Part shown: piece after piece, positions 27,120 to 35,807 of the stretch
Layout: each line of letters opens with the position of its first letter
How positions within the stretch are numbered: the first letter of the stretch is position 1
Assembly: GCA_021785915.1 (NCBI GenBank)
Contig: JAJYEF010000001.1
Coordinates: 1 to 48,910 of the forward strand
DNA from: a bacterium
Lineage (GTDB): Bacteria; Patescibacteriota; Microgenomatia; Levybacterales; UBA12049
DNA length: 48,910 nt
Reading direction: 5' to 3'
The notes under the pieces: generated by a model
What the model was told of the DNA's origin: nothing
Seen by the model: only the letters and a program-made list of their open reading frames with translations
The model's database searches: none
Translations under genes and position numbers: made by a program

Positions 27120-28406
27120 TTATGAAGAAAACTCCGAAGATACCGCCCTAAACTCTCTAATGGCCGTTACTTTTATTTCTCCGGGTACGGCCTGAGACTT
27201 TGATACTTCATCTCTTATTTTTGCAGCAAGCACAGTTGTCTGTGCATCGTCGAGTATTCCGGGGTCAATAATCACCCTTAACTCCCTTCCGGCTTCAAAG
27301 GCGTATGCGTCTTCTACGCCATCGTATTTTTTCGCAATCTCTTCCATTTCGGTTATCCTTTTCCCGTATTCTTCGACGTCCTCGTATCTAGCTCCGGGCC
27401 TTGCCCCTGAAATCTGATCTGCGATATGGACAATCACCGACTCTACCGAGGAAAATGGCTTATCTTCATGATGTTCCCAGACACAATTTACTATAGGTTC
27501 TGGAATATTGAACTTCTTTAACAAATCTACCCCCAGCTTTACGTGGCTGCCCTCCCCTTCCAAAACTTTGCCTATATCATGAAATAAAGCGCCAAGCCTC
27601 ACGACATTGGCATCCGCGCCTATTTCCTGAGCTATATGGACACCTATTTTTACATCCTCCAAGGTGTGGACCACCAAGTTTTGTCCGTATGAAGTTCTAA
27701 ACTTGAATCTCCCAAGAATTGAAATTAACTCTTTTGGAAGGTTATATACACCGACTTCGTGGGTCAATCTTTCGCCCTCTTCAAACATTATCCTTTCTAC
27801 TTCCTGTTTTGTCTGTTCAACCAATTCTTCTATTCTAAACGGTTGGATTCTTGTATCCTTTACGAGTTTTTCAAGCGACCTTCTTGCAATTTCCCTTCTT
27901 ACCTGGTCAAACGACGAAAGCCTTATTACTCCCTCTTCATCCAGATCGACGTCAACACCTGTTGCCTGCTCAAAAGCCCTGATATTCCTTCCTTCTTTGC
28001 CGATAATTCTTCCCTTAATTTCTTCATCTGCAATTTTAACTATAGAAACCGTAAATTCGGCAATATAATTGGTGGCTCCGTGGCGCATTGAATCGACTAA
28101 AATTTCCTGCGCCTTGCGGTCGGCAGTCAGCTTAGCATCTTCCTCTCTTTCCTTAATAAGCTTTGCAACTGTTTTAGTCTCATGTTGCTCAACTTCCGAA
28201 AGGAATTCTTTTTTTGCCTCTTCGCGCGTAAGTGAAGATGATCTTTCAAGTTTTTCTTCGTATTTCTCCTGAAGCTCCCTTATTTTTTCTTTTTCTTTTT
28301 CTAATTTTTTTTGCTCTGCTTCAAGTTTTTCCTCTTTTTCGAGAAGTTTTTTTTCGAGTGAGATTAAATCCTGGTTAGTTTGTGCCATATTCAAAATTGA
28401 AGACAA
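27120..28406 (-). CDS. rny: Ribonuclease Y (no N-terminal membrane anchor)
   Basis: 428 aa. E/K-rich coiled coil, KH domain GRIIGKEGRNIRAFE, HD domain LFHDIGK...HH. No hydrophobic N-terminus. Confidence 0.88.
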   Translation of the reverse strand: MSSILNMAQTNQDLISLEKKLLEKEEKLEAEQKKLEKEKEKIRELQEKYEEKLERSSSLTREEAKKEFLSEVEQHETKTVAKLIKEREEDAKLTADRKAQEILVDSMRHGATNYIAEFTVSIVKIADEEIKGRIIGKEGRNIRAFEQATGVDVDLDEEGVIRLSSFDQVRREIARRSLEKLVKDTRIQPFRIEELVEQTKQEVERIMFEEGERLTHEVGVYNLPKELISILGRFKFRTSYGQNLVVHTLEDVKIGVHIAQEIGADANVVRLGALFHDIGKVLEGEGSHVKLGVDLLKKFNIPEPIVNCVWEHHEDKPFSSVESVIVHIADQISGARPGARYEDVEEYGKRITEMEEIAKKYDGVEDAYAFEAGRELRVIIDPGILDDAQTTVLAAKIRDEVSKSQAVPGEIKVTAIREFRAVSSEFSS

Positions 28407-28488
28407 AAAGAGGTCCCAAACTTAATGGGCTGCAAGCAAAGAAAATGATATTATCTTTATACTTTTCATAATACCTTCTTTTTATCTT

Positions 28489-28968
28489 TTATGTATTATA
28501 CCTTTTTGTTAAAACCCGGTCAACAACATCTTTTATTGTTTCGTAGTTAAAACCTCTGGAAGAAAGATATCTTAGCAATTTTTCCCGTTTTTTTTGTGGA
28601 ATTTCGTTTTTTAGCCTTTCTACCCTTTTTTCTGCAAGCTTCAGAGCTGAATCAAAATCCACAGAGTCAGAAGATTGGAAAGCTGAAATTGCCGAATCAA
28701 CTGTTTCTTCGGATATTCCCTTTTTTCTTAACTCGAGTTTTATAACTCTTAAGGCCCTGGGATTTATCAACGTCCTTTGCTCAATCCACCACTTTGCGAA
28801 TTCTTCATCGTCCAGAAACTTACTTTTCTTAAGCGAATTGATGATTTTTTCCAGGTGTTCGCTGTCGGCCTTATTTTTCTTTAAATAATCCCTTACTTCC
28901 TTCTCGCTGCGCGGCCTGAACGATAAAAAATGGAGGCTTTTTTTGTAAAGTTTTTCAAAATTGTCCAC
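28489..28968 (-). CDS. recX: Recombination regulator RecX
   Basis: 159 aa of helical repeats (LSFRPRSEKEVRDYLKK, LDDEEFAKWW). Lies immediately downstream of recA. Confidence 0.82.
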   Translation of the reverse strand: MDNFEKLYKKSLHFLSFRPRSEKEVRDYLKKNKADSEHLEKIINSLKKSKFLDDEEFAKWWIEQRTLINPRALRVIKLELRKKGISEETVDSAISAFQSSDSVDFDSALKLAEKRVERLKNEIPQKKREKLLRYLSSRGFNYETIKDVVDRVLTKRYNT

Positions 28969-28974
28969 TAAAGT

Positions 28975-30066
28975 CTAATCTTTACTTGCAGTTTCTACCC
29001 CAACCTCAACGGGCGTCCCCGAAGTTTTACTTTTGTTAAGAATTTGCTCAACTATTTTTTTAGCTGTATCAGGTTTTTTCTGCAAGAAAAGTATTGCTGC
29101 CTGTTTTCCCTGACCAAGCATAAGATCGCCAAACTTGAAGAAGGCGCCGGACTTTTGGATTATTCCCATATCAACCCCAACGTCCATTATGCCCCCTTCC
29201 CTTGAAATACCCGTATCTCCATAAACATCAAATTCCGCAATCCTGAAGGGCGATGAAACTTTGTTTTTTACGATTTTCGCCCTGTGCCTTGATCCAATTA
29301 CCTTATCTGCCTCTTTAAGACTTTCAATTTTTCTTATGTCAATCCTTACGGATGAATAGAACTTTAATGCAAGACCGCCAGTTGTTGTTTCCGGGTTTCC
29401 AAACATTACTCCGATTTTTTGCCTCAGCTGATTTGTAAAAATAACTACGGTTTTAGATTTTGAAATAACAGCAGTTAATTTTCTCAGCGCCTGCGACATA
29501 AGCCTTGCTTGCAGACCCATTACCGCGTCTCCCATATCTCCTTCGATTTCGGCTCTCGGGACCAATGCTGCAACCGAGTCTATTACCAAAACGTCTATCC
29601 CGCCGCTTCTAATAAGGCTTTCGGCAATCTCCAATGCCTGTTCGCCGGTATCTGGCTGAGAAATCAAAAGATCGTCAAGCTTAACGCCAATTCTTTCCGC
29701 CCAAAGCGGATCAAGCGCGTGTTCGGCGTCTATGAAAGCCGCAACTCCTCCATGTTTTTGAGCCTGGGCGATGATTGAAAGACAAACCGTGGTTTTTCCG
29801 GAAGCTTCCGGGCCGTATATTTCGATTATCCTTCCTCTTGGCACTCCTCCTACTCCGAGCGCTAAATCTAAAGGAAGACAGCCTGTGGAAATGACAGAAA
29901 TATCAAGCTTTTCACCTATCTCGCCAAAACGCATGATGGAACCGCGTCCGTACTGTTTTTCGATTTGTTCCATCGCAAGCTTTACAGCTTCAAGCTTTTG
30001 AGAGTCTTTTGCTTGTCCATTGGGCAGTGGTTTTTCTTGCTTTTGAGACGAAGGGGTTCTTCCCAT
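28975..30066 (-). CDS. recA: Recombinase RecA
   Basis: 363 aa. Walker [28 protein letters not shown]2 loop [10 protein letters not shown]. Confidence 0.98.
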   Translation of the reverse strand: MGRTPSSQKQEKPLPNGQAKDSQKLEAVKLAMEQIEKQYGRGSIMRFGEIGEKLDISVISTGCLPLDLALGVGGVPRGRIIEIYGPEASGKTTVCLSIIAQAQKHGGVAAFIDAEHALDPLWAERIGVKLDDLLISQPDTGEQALEIAESLIRSGGIDVLVIDSVAALVPRAEIEGDMGDAVMGLQARLMSQALRKLTAVISKSKTVVIFTNQLRQKIGVMFGNPETTTGGLALKFYSSVRIDIRKIESLKEADKVIGSRHRAKIVKNKVSSPFRIAEFDVYGDTGISREGGIMDVGVDMGIIQKSGAFFKFGDLMLGQGKQAAILFLQKKPDTAKKIVEQILNKSKTSGTPVEVGVETASKD

Positions 30067-30117
30067 TTGTGCTTTTTATTGTAACAAGTTTTTTACCGTT
30101 TGCAAGTGGTAAATGTT

Positions 30118-30164
30118 TGGGCGGGGTGCCGAGAATTGACTTCGATCCACACACAACCTCGAAG
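30118..30164 (-). other. tRNA-like 3' half (degenerate T arm, acceptor 3' strand, discriminator, encoded CCA)
   Basis: The minus strand reads ...UCGAA-GUCAAUU-CUCGG-CACCCCG-C-CCA. It aligns column by column with the T arm and acceptor of the adjacent tRNA-Pro. CACCCCG is complementary to UGGGGUG at 30314-30320. Confidence 0.3.
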
Positions 30165-30266
30165 ATTCTGCAAAATTTCAGTCGGGGAACAGGGAATTGA
30201 ACCCAGACCGCACGCACCCCATGCGCGTATTCTACCGTTAAACTATTCCCCGAAATTTTGCAGAAT
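30165..30266. repeat. Perfect 15-bp inverted repeat bracketing tRNA-Pro
   Basis: attctgcaaaatttc at 30165-30179 is the exact reverse complement of gaaattttgcagaat at 30252-30266. Confidence 0.9.
30182..30252 (-). tRNA. tRNA-Pro (anticodon GGG), CCA not encoded
   Basis: Reverse complement: CGGGGAA-UA-GUUU-AACGGUA-GAAU-A-CGCGC-AUGGGGU-GCGUG-CGGU-CUGGG-UUCAAUU-CCCUG-UUCCCCG-A. 7-bp acceptor stem, U33, G37, GG in the D loop, UUCAAUU T loop, one U-U mismatch in the T stem. Confidence 0.85.
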
Positions 30267-30320
30267 TATGCGCATCACGCTTTAGGTGACTATCGCATTC
30301 CGCCGATAAACTACACCCCA
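30267..30320 (-). other. tRNA-like 5' half (acceptor 5' strand and D arm) followed by an irregular hairpin
   Basis: The minus strand reads UGGGGUG-UA-GUUU-AUCGGCG-GAAU-G, parallel to the tRNA-Pro 5' part. It is followed by AUGCG-AUA-GUCAC-CUAAAGC-GUGAU-G-CGCAU. TATAAT lies about 20 nt upstream. Confidence 0.3.
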
Positions 30321-30391
30321 AAAATTACTTATATATTATATAACATCGAGGCTTTATTTTTAAACTCAAAATGATACAATAGAAAATTGTT

Positions 30392-31456
30392 ATGTATAGC
30401 TTAAAAGAATTTAAGGAAGTTTTTGACCCGGTCCTGGAAAAATTCCTAGCTGACAGAATAGAAGAATACCTTACGCAGACTTCCGACCCCTTTATCAAAG
30501 AGTTTGTCCAATATTCTAAACGCTTGACTCTTTCGGGCGGAAAAAGAATAAGGCCTTATATAGCCTACGTTATGTATGTTGCTATGGGCGGCAAAGATAT
30601 CGAGAACGCGATTAAACTTTTTATTTCCCTTGAAATAGTTCATATGTTTGCTCTTATTCACGACGACGTTATGGATAAAGGAAATACCAGGCACGGAGTT
30701 CCCACCATACACCATTTTGTTTCTAAAAAATTAAAGGACGCAAAAAGGTCGGGGGACACCGAAAATAATTCAGAAGCACAGGCTATACTCGTCGGCGACC
30801 TGTTTTTTTCCTGGGCTATGGAAATATTCTTAGACAACAGAAATTTTCCGATAGAAAATATTACGCTTGCCCATGATTATTTCTATAAAATGGTCGACGA
30901 AGTAATACTTGGACAAATGCTGGATATCGATATAACAACCAGAGAAAAAGCCGAAGAAGAGTTGATAACCGAGAAAACAAGGCTTAAAACTTCAAGATAC
31001 ACTTTCGTACGGCCCATGGAAATAGGCGCCTCACTCGCAAATACAACCCATAACATGGATGATTTCTGCGAGAGTTTAGGTACAAAACTTGGGATTGCCT
31101 TCCAGATGCAGGACGATTTACTTGATATTATCGGAGATCCAAAAGTTTTAGAAAAGGCAGTCCTGAGAGATATCGCAGACCATCAACACACATTCTTTAC
31201 AAATTTTATCCTAGAAAGGGGCACCCTAGAACAAAAAGATACCCTTTTGCAATACTTGGGTAAAGAACTGAATGAAAATCAACAACAGGAAGTAATCAAA
31301 ATTTTTTCAGACTCAGGAGCAATAGAAAATGGGAAAAAAATGATTCTGCAAAATCTGGAAGATGCAAAGGTAATAATATCCAGAAGCAGCCTTGGCGATG
31401 AATACAAACAAATTTGTTACGATTTAATAAAGGTTATGCAGGCACGACAGAGTTAG
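30392..31456 (+). CDS. Polyprenyl diphosphate synthase (trans-IPPS, GGPP/FPP synthase family)
   Basis: 354 aa. First Asp-rich motif LIHDDVMD and second motif FQMQDDLLD. Confidence 0.85.
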   Translation: MYSLKEFKEVFDPVLEKFLADRIEEYLTQTSDPFIKEFVQYSKRLTLSGGKRIRPYIAYVMYVAMGGKDIENAIKLFISLEIVHMFALIHDDVMDKGNTRHGVPTIHHFVSKKLKDAKRSGDTENNSEAQAILVGDLFFSWAMEIFLDNRNFPIENITLAHDYFYKMVDEVILGQMLDIDITTREKAEEELITEKTRLKTSRYTFVRPMEIGASLANTTHNMDDFCESLGTKLGIAFQMQDDLLDIIGDPKVLEKAVLRDIADHQHTFFTNFILERGTLEQKDTLLQYLGKELNENQQQEVIKIFSDSGAIENGKKMILQNLEDAKVIISRSSLGDEYKQICYDLIKVMQARQS

Positions 31457-31481
31457 CAATTATAAGTACTACTTGATATAA

Positions 31482-32531
31482 TTGGGGTCCTCAAATATGA
31501 ACCCTGAAGTTTATAGACCAAAACCTGAAACTAAGCTTACTCCTTTTACTGTAAAGGAGGTATTGGTGGCGGGAAACAGAGGTCCATGCGGCGGTGTCAA
31601 TATGGCGATAGAAGCAGCCAACCAGGTTCTTGACATTGTCGACGGCAGAGAACCGGTGTACTCTAACTGGGATATTGTTAACAATAACCCTGTGATGAAT
31701 AGGCTTAATTCAAGAGGCTTGGTAAGCGTAAGAAACAACTGGGATTTAGTTCCGGATAATTCGATAGTATTTTTTTCCGCACACGGAGTTCCTCCCGATT
31801 ATCATAAAATTGCAGCCGAAAAGGGATTTTTAACCATAGATGTAACATGTCAACTTGTGACGGTTGTTCATACACGCGTAAAAAATACGCAGGCTCAGGG
31901 AAAACATATTGTTTACATAGGAAAAGATGGTCATCCTGAAACAGTTGGGGTCTTGGGTGAACTTGATGAAAAAAATAGGACATTTATTGAGCCCGATACA
32001 GATATTAACACTCTAGTTCTACCCCGTGATAAAGAGATCGTCGTCTATTCCCAGACTACCCTTGCAACAGATGAGGTAAAAGATACTCAACAAAAGCTTC
32101 AAGACAAATTTCCCGGAATAATAATTCCAAACAGAAACGATATTTGTTATGCAACCGACAACAGACAACTTGCGGCAGAAGATTTATTAGACAATCACAC
32201 TGTAGATTTTTTACTTGTTGCCGGCTCTTCTCACAGCCATAACTCGGAAGAGCTTAGAAAAAAAGCGGAGAAAAAAGGAATCCCGTCAGCTTTGGTGGAC
32301 AAACCCGAGGACGTACAAAGGGAATGGTTTACAAAAGGAGTAGAAAAAGTCGGAGCAACAGCCGGAGCATCGGAATTGGAAGAAGATTTCCAAAAGATTC
32401 TGGACATTTTTAGAAACGAAGGGATAGATCCGGTTGTATATCTTCCACAGATAGTGCCAGAAAAAGATATGACGTTTAAATTGCCGCAAGGGGATATAAT
32501 AGCGCTAAAGGAAAGATATAAAACACTATGA
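31482..32531 (+). CDS. ispH: 4-hydroxy-3-methylbut-2-enyl diphosphate reductase (IspH/LytB)
   Basis: 349 aa. Three cluster cysteines in the expected context (GPCGGV, DVTCQLV, NDICYATDNRQ), FSAHGV, GHPE, SQTT, GSSHSHNS. Confidence 0.82.
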   Translation: MGSSNMNPEVYRPKPETKLTPFTVKEVLVAGNRGPCGGVNMAIEAANQVLDIVDGREPVYSNWDIVNNNPVMNRLNSRGLVSVRNNWDLVPDNSIVFFSAHGVPPDYHKIAAEKGFLTIDVTCQLVTVVHTRVKNTQAQGKHIVYIGKDGHPETVGVLGELDEKNRTFIEPDTDINTLVLPRDKEIVVYSQTTLATDEVKDTQQKLQDKFPGIIIPNRNDICYATDNRQLAAEDLLDNHTVDFLLVAGSSHSHNSEELRKKAEKKGIPSALVDKPEDVQREWFTKGVEKVGATAGASELEEDFQKILDIFRNEGIDPVVYLPQIVPEKDMTFKLPQGDIIALKERYKTL

Positions 32532-33076
32532 ACAAAAACTCATATTACGACCAAAAACAGATAATCGCCGGTGTTGATAAAAAAAATGACATAACCGGAA
32601 GAATTGAAAAATGGGAAGCGCATAAAAAGGGAATTTTGCACAAAGGCTTTACATTAATATTGAAATATAAAAACTATTATATTATTCAGCACAGAAAACA
32701 TCCGGCGTTTGACGGGACCTACGACCTTTCTTTTTCCTCGCATCAGGAATTTAAAAAAGGGAAATTGCAGGATATAAACGAAGCGATTTACCAGGCCTTA
32801 AAAAGGGAATGGAAGATAGACAAAAATGATCTTTTGTCAAAACCTGTCAGTCTTGGAATTGTCTATTACAAAGAAAAGGATCCAAACAGCATTTATACCG
32901 AACACGAAATGGACGAAATACTGGAAATAAAAATTAAGAAACTTCCCGTACCCCACCATAATTTTGCTTACGGATATTCGATTCTTTCCAAAAACGAATT
33001 ATTGAATAAAAAAAGCAGGATTTATCCTCTCCTTGCTCCCTGGGCAAAAAAAATCATTGAAAAAAAATTAATCTAA
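32528..33076 (+). CDS. Nudix-fold isopentenyl-diphosphate isomerase type 1-like protein
   Basis: 182 aa. AH..GILHKGF, SFSSH and TEHEMDE line up with the His/His/His/Glu/Glu metal ligands of E. coli Idi as recalled from memory. ATGA overlap with ispH. Confidence 0.55.
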   Translation: MNKNSYYDQKQIIAGVDKKNDITGRIEKWEAHKKGILHKGFTLILKYKNYYIIQHRKHPAFDGTYDLSFSSHQEFKKGKLQDINEAIYQALKREWKIDKNDLLSKPVSLGIVYYKEKDPNSIYTEHEMDEILEIKIKKLPVPHHNFAYGYSILSKNELLNKKSRIYPLLAPWAKKIIEKKLI

Positions 33077-33092
33077 CTGTATATTTTAATCT

Positions 33093-33428
33093 ATGATGCT
33101 TATTAAAAGGATTTATGAAAAACCCTCGGTAAATGACGGAGTAAGAATTCTTGTTGATAGACTCTGGCCGAGAGGTATTTCAAAAGCTCAGGCAAAAATT
33201 GATTTATGGATCAAAGATGTTGCTCCCTCAAATGAACTTCGCAAGTGGTTTAATCACGAAGATAACAAATGGGATGAATTCAAAAAAAGGTATTTTGAGG
33301 AACTAAAAGATAAAGAACAACTACTTAATAAAATTAAAAAACAAAAAGGTACTGTAACTCTTTTGTTCGGAGCTAAAAATATTGAGCACAACAATGCCGT
33401 TGCAATAAAAGAATTTATTGAAGAATAA
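33093..33428 (+). CDS. DUF488 family protein
   Basis: 111 aa. KRIYE...DGVRILVDRLWPRGISK...W.KDVAPSNELRKWF is the typical DUF488 N-terminal signature. Confidence 0.75.
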   Translation: MMLIKRIYEKPSVNDGVRILVDRLWPRGISKAQAKIDLWIKDVAPSNELRKWFNHEDNKWDEFKKRYFEELKDKEQLLNKIKKQKGTVTLLFGAKNIEHNNAVAIKEFIEE

Positions 33429-33429
33429 A

Positions 33430-33870
33430 TTACCTCTTTGGAGATTGTTTCTTTCTTCTTGATTTTCCACCCATTCCAACTTTTCTTCTCTGCCTTACCC
33501 TTGCATCTCTTGTAAGAAAGCCTTTTTTCTTTAATATCTGCTTATTTTTCTCTTCGATTGTTGAAAGTGCTCGTGCCACTCCGTGTATGAATGCATCCAA
33601 TTGACTTTTTTTACCTCCGCCTTCCACCTTTACAGTCAATGTATACTTACCTAAATTATTGGTAATTTTAAAAGGCTCCTCATAATAAGCTTTCGAAACT
33701 AAGCCGCTAAAATAATTGTCAATTAATTCTCCGTTTACGAAAATTTCCCCTTTTTTAACGGTTTTTCCGTTTATGGAAAGAGGTTCTCTTAACTCCTTAT
33801 AGAGTCGTACTCTAGCTACCGCTTCTTTTCTTTTCCCTTTTGCAAAAATAAATTTCTTATTATCGCTCAT
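33430..33870 (-). CDS. rpsI: 30S ribosomal protein S9 (uS9)
   Basis: 146 aa. GKRKEAVARV, GGGKKSQ, basic C-terminal tail ending SPKR. Follows rplM. Confidence 0.95.
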   Translation of the reverse strand: MSDNKKFIFAKGKRKEAVARVRLYKELREPLSINGKTVKKGEIFVNGELIDNYFSGLVSKAYYEEPFKITNNLGKYTLTVKVEGGGKKSQLDAFIHGVARALSTIEEKNKQILKKKGFLTRDARVRQRRKVGMGGKSRRKKQSPKR

Positions 33871-33872
33871 AG

Positions 33873-34289
33873 TTATTTGAATTTATCTTCGTAATTATGC
33901 TCTTTTCCTTCGAAAACGTAAAGCCTTTTTAGCATTTGTTTTTTTAGTCTATTCTGGGGAAGCATTCCCGAAACCGCATGTACAACAATTTGTGTCGGTC
34001 TTCTTCTCCTAAGCTCTGCTAAAGTTTCCGATTTGAAACCTCCCGGATAACCCGAGTGCCTGTAATATTTTTTATTTATCTCCTTGTTCCCGGAAACTTC
34101 AACGAACTTGGCATTTATAACAACTACATAATCCCCCATGTCCAGATTCCTTACAAAGTTCGGCTTAGCTTTTCCCATAAGAAGTGAAGCAATATTAGTC
34201 GTAAGCCTTCCCAAAACCTTATCATTAGCGTCAATTAAATGCCACTCTCTTTTTATTTCTTTTAACTTTGTAGGTTTTGTCTGTTTCAT
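33873..34289 (-). CDS. rplM: 50S ribosomal protein L13 (uL13)
   Basis: 138 aa. REWHLIDA..KVLGRL, KYYRHSGYPGG. Confidence 0.95.
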   Translation of the reverse strand: MKQTKPTKLKEIKREWHLIDANDKVLGRLTTNIASLLMGKAKPNFVRNLDMGDYVVVINAKFVEVSGNKEINKKYYRHSGYPGGFKSETLAELRRRRPTQIVVHAVSGMLPQNRLKKQMLKRLYVFEGKEHNYEDKFK

Positions 34290-34765
34290 TATTTTTTGGT
34301 TTTTGATTTTGATGGCGTTTTCTTCTTGACCGCTTTCTCCTTTGTTTTATTTTCAACTTTTTCTGCCTTTTTATTGGGTTTCTTTGCTTCTTTTTCGACT
34401 GGCTGAGAAACTGCAATTTCAACCCACTCCAATTGCACTAGAGGAGAATTATCTCCAAACCTTTGTCCGAGCCTGACAATTCTGGTGTACCCACCATGCC
34501 TTCCTTCAAATCTTGGTCCTATTTCATTTACTATTTTGTCAAATGCTTGTTTAGAAAGACTCTTTTCCAAGACCTGCATCGCTCCTTTTTCTTTTTTCTT
34601 TGCCTTTGTAACCAATTTCTCAATTTCAGGCTTTATTGCTTTTGCTTTTGCCTCCGATGTTTTAATTTTCTCCCTTAAAACCAACGAAGACATAAGGCTC
34701 TTAAATAAAGCTTTCCTTTCGTTTTTGTCCCTCTTAAGCTTTCTTCCGAATACATTTTTTCTCAT
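34289..34765 (-). CDS. rplQ: 50S ribosomal protein L17 (bL17) with Lys-rich C-terminal extension
   Basis: 158 aa. GRKLKRDKNERKALFKSL, GGYTRIVRLG. Extra K/E-rich tail of about 40 aa. Confidence 0.93.
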   Translation of the reverse strand: MRKNVFGRKLKRDKNERKALFKSLMSSLVLREKIKTSEAKAKAIKPEIEKLVTKAKKKEKGAMQVLEKSLSKQAFDKIVNEIGPRFEGRHGGYTRIVRLGQRFGDNSPLVQLEWVEIAVSQPVEKEAKKPNKKAEKVENKTKEKAVKKKTPSKSKTKK

Positions 34766-34866
34766 AATCCCGCTTCGCCAATTACTAAAAAATCTTAAAT
34801 CCCAAAATTAATTCAAAAAGTTTCCTTTTAAGAATTTGAGATCTAAGATTTTGAGATATAGTAAAT

Positions 34867-35790
34867 TTAAACTTGAAGACTTATTCCTTTTTCTTTTAAC
34901 TTTTCTTCAATAATATCAAGAGATTTGCCACCCATATTTCTCATCGAAATCAGATCTTTTCTCGGAACTTCAAGAAGCTGACCAATCGTTTCCACTCCGC
35001 CGTTTCTTAACGTATTGTATATTCTCGTGGGTAAATCCAGTTCGTCTACCGTCATCCTTAATGTTGCCTCAGCCAAACCGTTATATGCCGTACTCTGCTC
35101 TTCGGGAGCCGAATCTTTCGGCTGATAAACCTGCCTAAAATACGCTGAAAGTATTTTGGCTGCCTCATCCAGGGCTTCTCTGGGCTTGACTACACCGTTT
35201 GTCCAAATCTGAAGAGTAAGTTTATCCAAATTTGTTTGCCTACCCACCCTGGTTGCGGAAACATCGTAATTTACTCTTCGTATGGGAGTAAATATGGCAT
35301 CTGTTGCCAAAACACCTAACGTCGATATCTTGCGATCTTCTGCAAGCGAGTAACCCATTCCTTTTTCAACAGTCAGTTCCAAATCAAGTTTTGCATTCTT
35401 GTCACTCAATGATCCCAAATAGTGGTCGGAATTTACTATCTCTACGTCTTCCGGAAGTTCAAAATCTTTTGCGGTTATTTCCTTGGGTCCTTTTACTGAT
35501 AACTTAACGGTCGATGATTCTTTTGAGTCTAATAATCTTAGATTCAGACCTTTTATGTTCAACAGGAAATCTACCAGATTTTCTTTAAGTCCCGGGATTG
35601 TAGAAAATTTATGTTTAGCTCCCGATATTTTAACCGACGTTACGGCTGCTCCGGGAATAGACACCAAAAGAACTCTTCTTAATGCATTACCTAAAGTATG
35701 ACCAAATCCGGGCTCCAGAGGCTCAATTATGAACTCTCCGTATTCCTCTGTAACTTTTTCTTCTTTAATTTTAAACGTAGGTTCAACCAT
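34867..35790 (-). CDS. rpoA: DNA-directed RNA polymerase subunit alpha
   Basis: 307 aa. GHTLGNALRRVLL near the N-terminus and C-terminal domain ELDLPTRIYNTLRNGGVETIGQL. Confidence 0.96.
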   Translation of the reverse strand: MVEPTFKIKEEKVTEEYGEFIIEPLEPGFGHTLGNALRRVLLVSIPGAAVTSVKISGAKHKFSTIPGLKENLVDFLLNIKGLNLRLLDSKESSTVKLSVKGPKEITAKDFELPEDVEIVNSDHYLGSLSDKNAKLDLELTVEKGMGYSLAEDRKISTLGVLATDAIFTPIRRVNYDVSATRVGRQTNLDKLTLQIWTNGVVKPREALDEAAKILSAYFRQVYQPKDSAPEEQSTAYNGLAEATLRMTVDELDLPTRIYNTLRNGGVETIGQLLEVPRKDLISMRNMGGKSLDIIEEKLKEKGISLQV

Positions 35791-35807
35791 AGCTTACTAT
35801 TTTATCA

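Noticed and set aside
34231-34422. 63-aa Lys/Arg-rich minus-strand ORF (MKLQFLSQSKKKQRNPIKRQKK...).
   Set aside because: It is an out-of-frame overlap of the lysine-rich tail of rplQ and the start of rplM. It is a by-product of the A-rich coding sequence.
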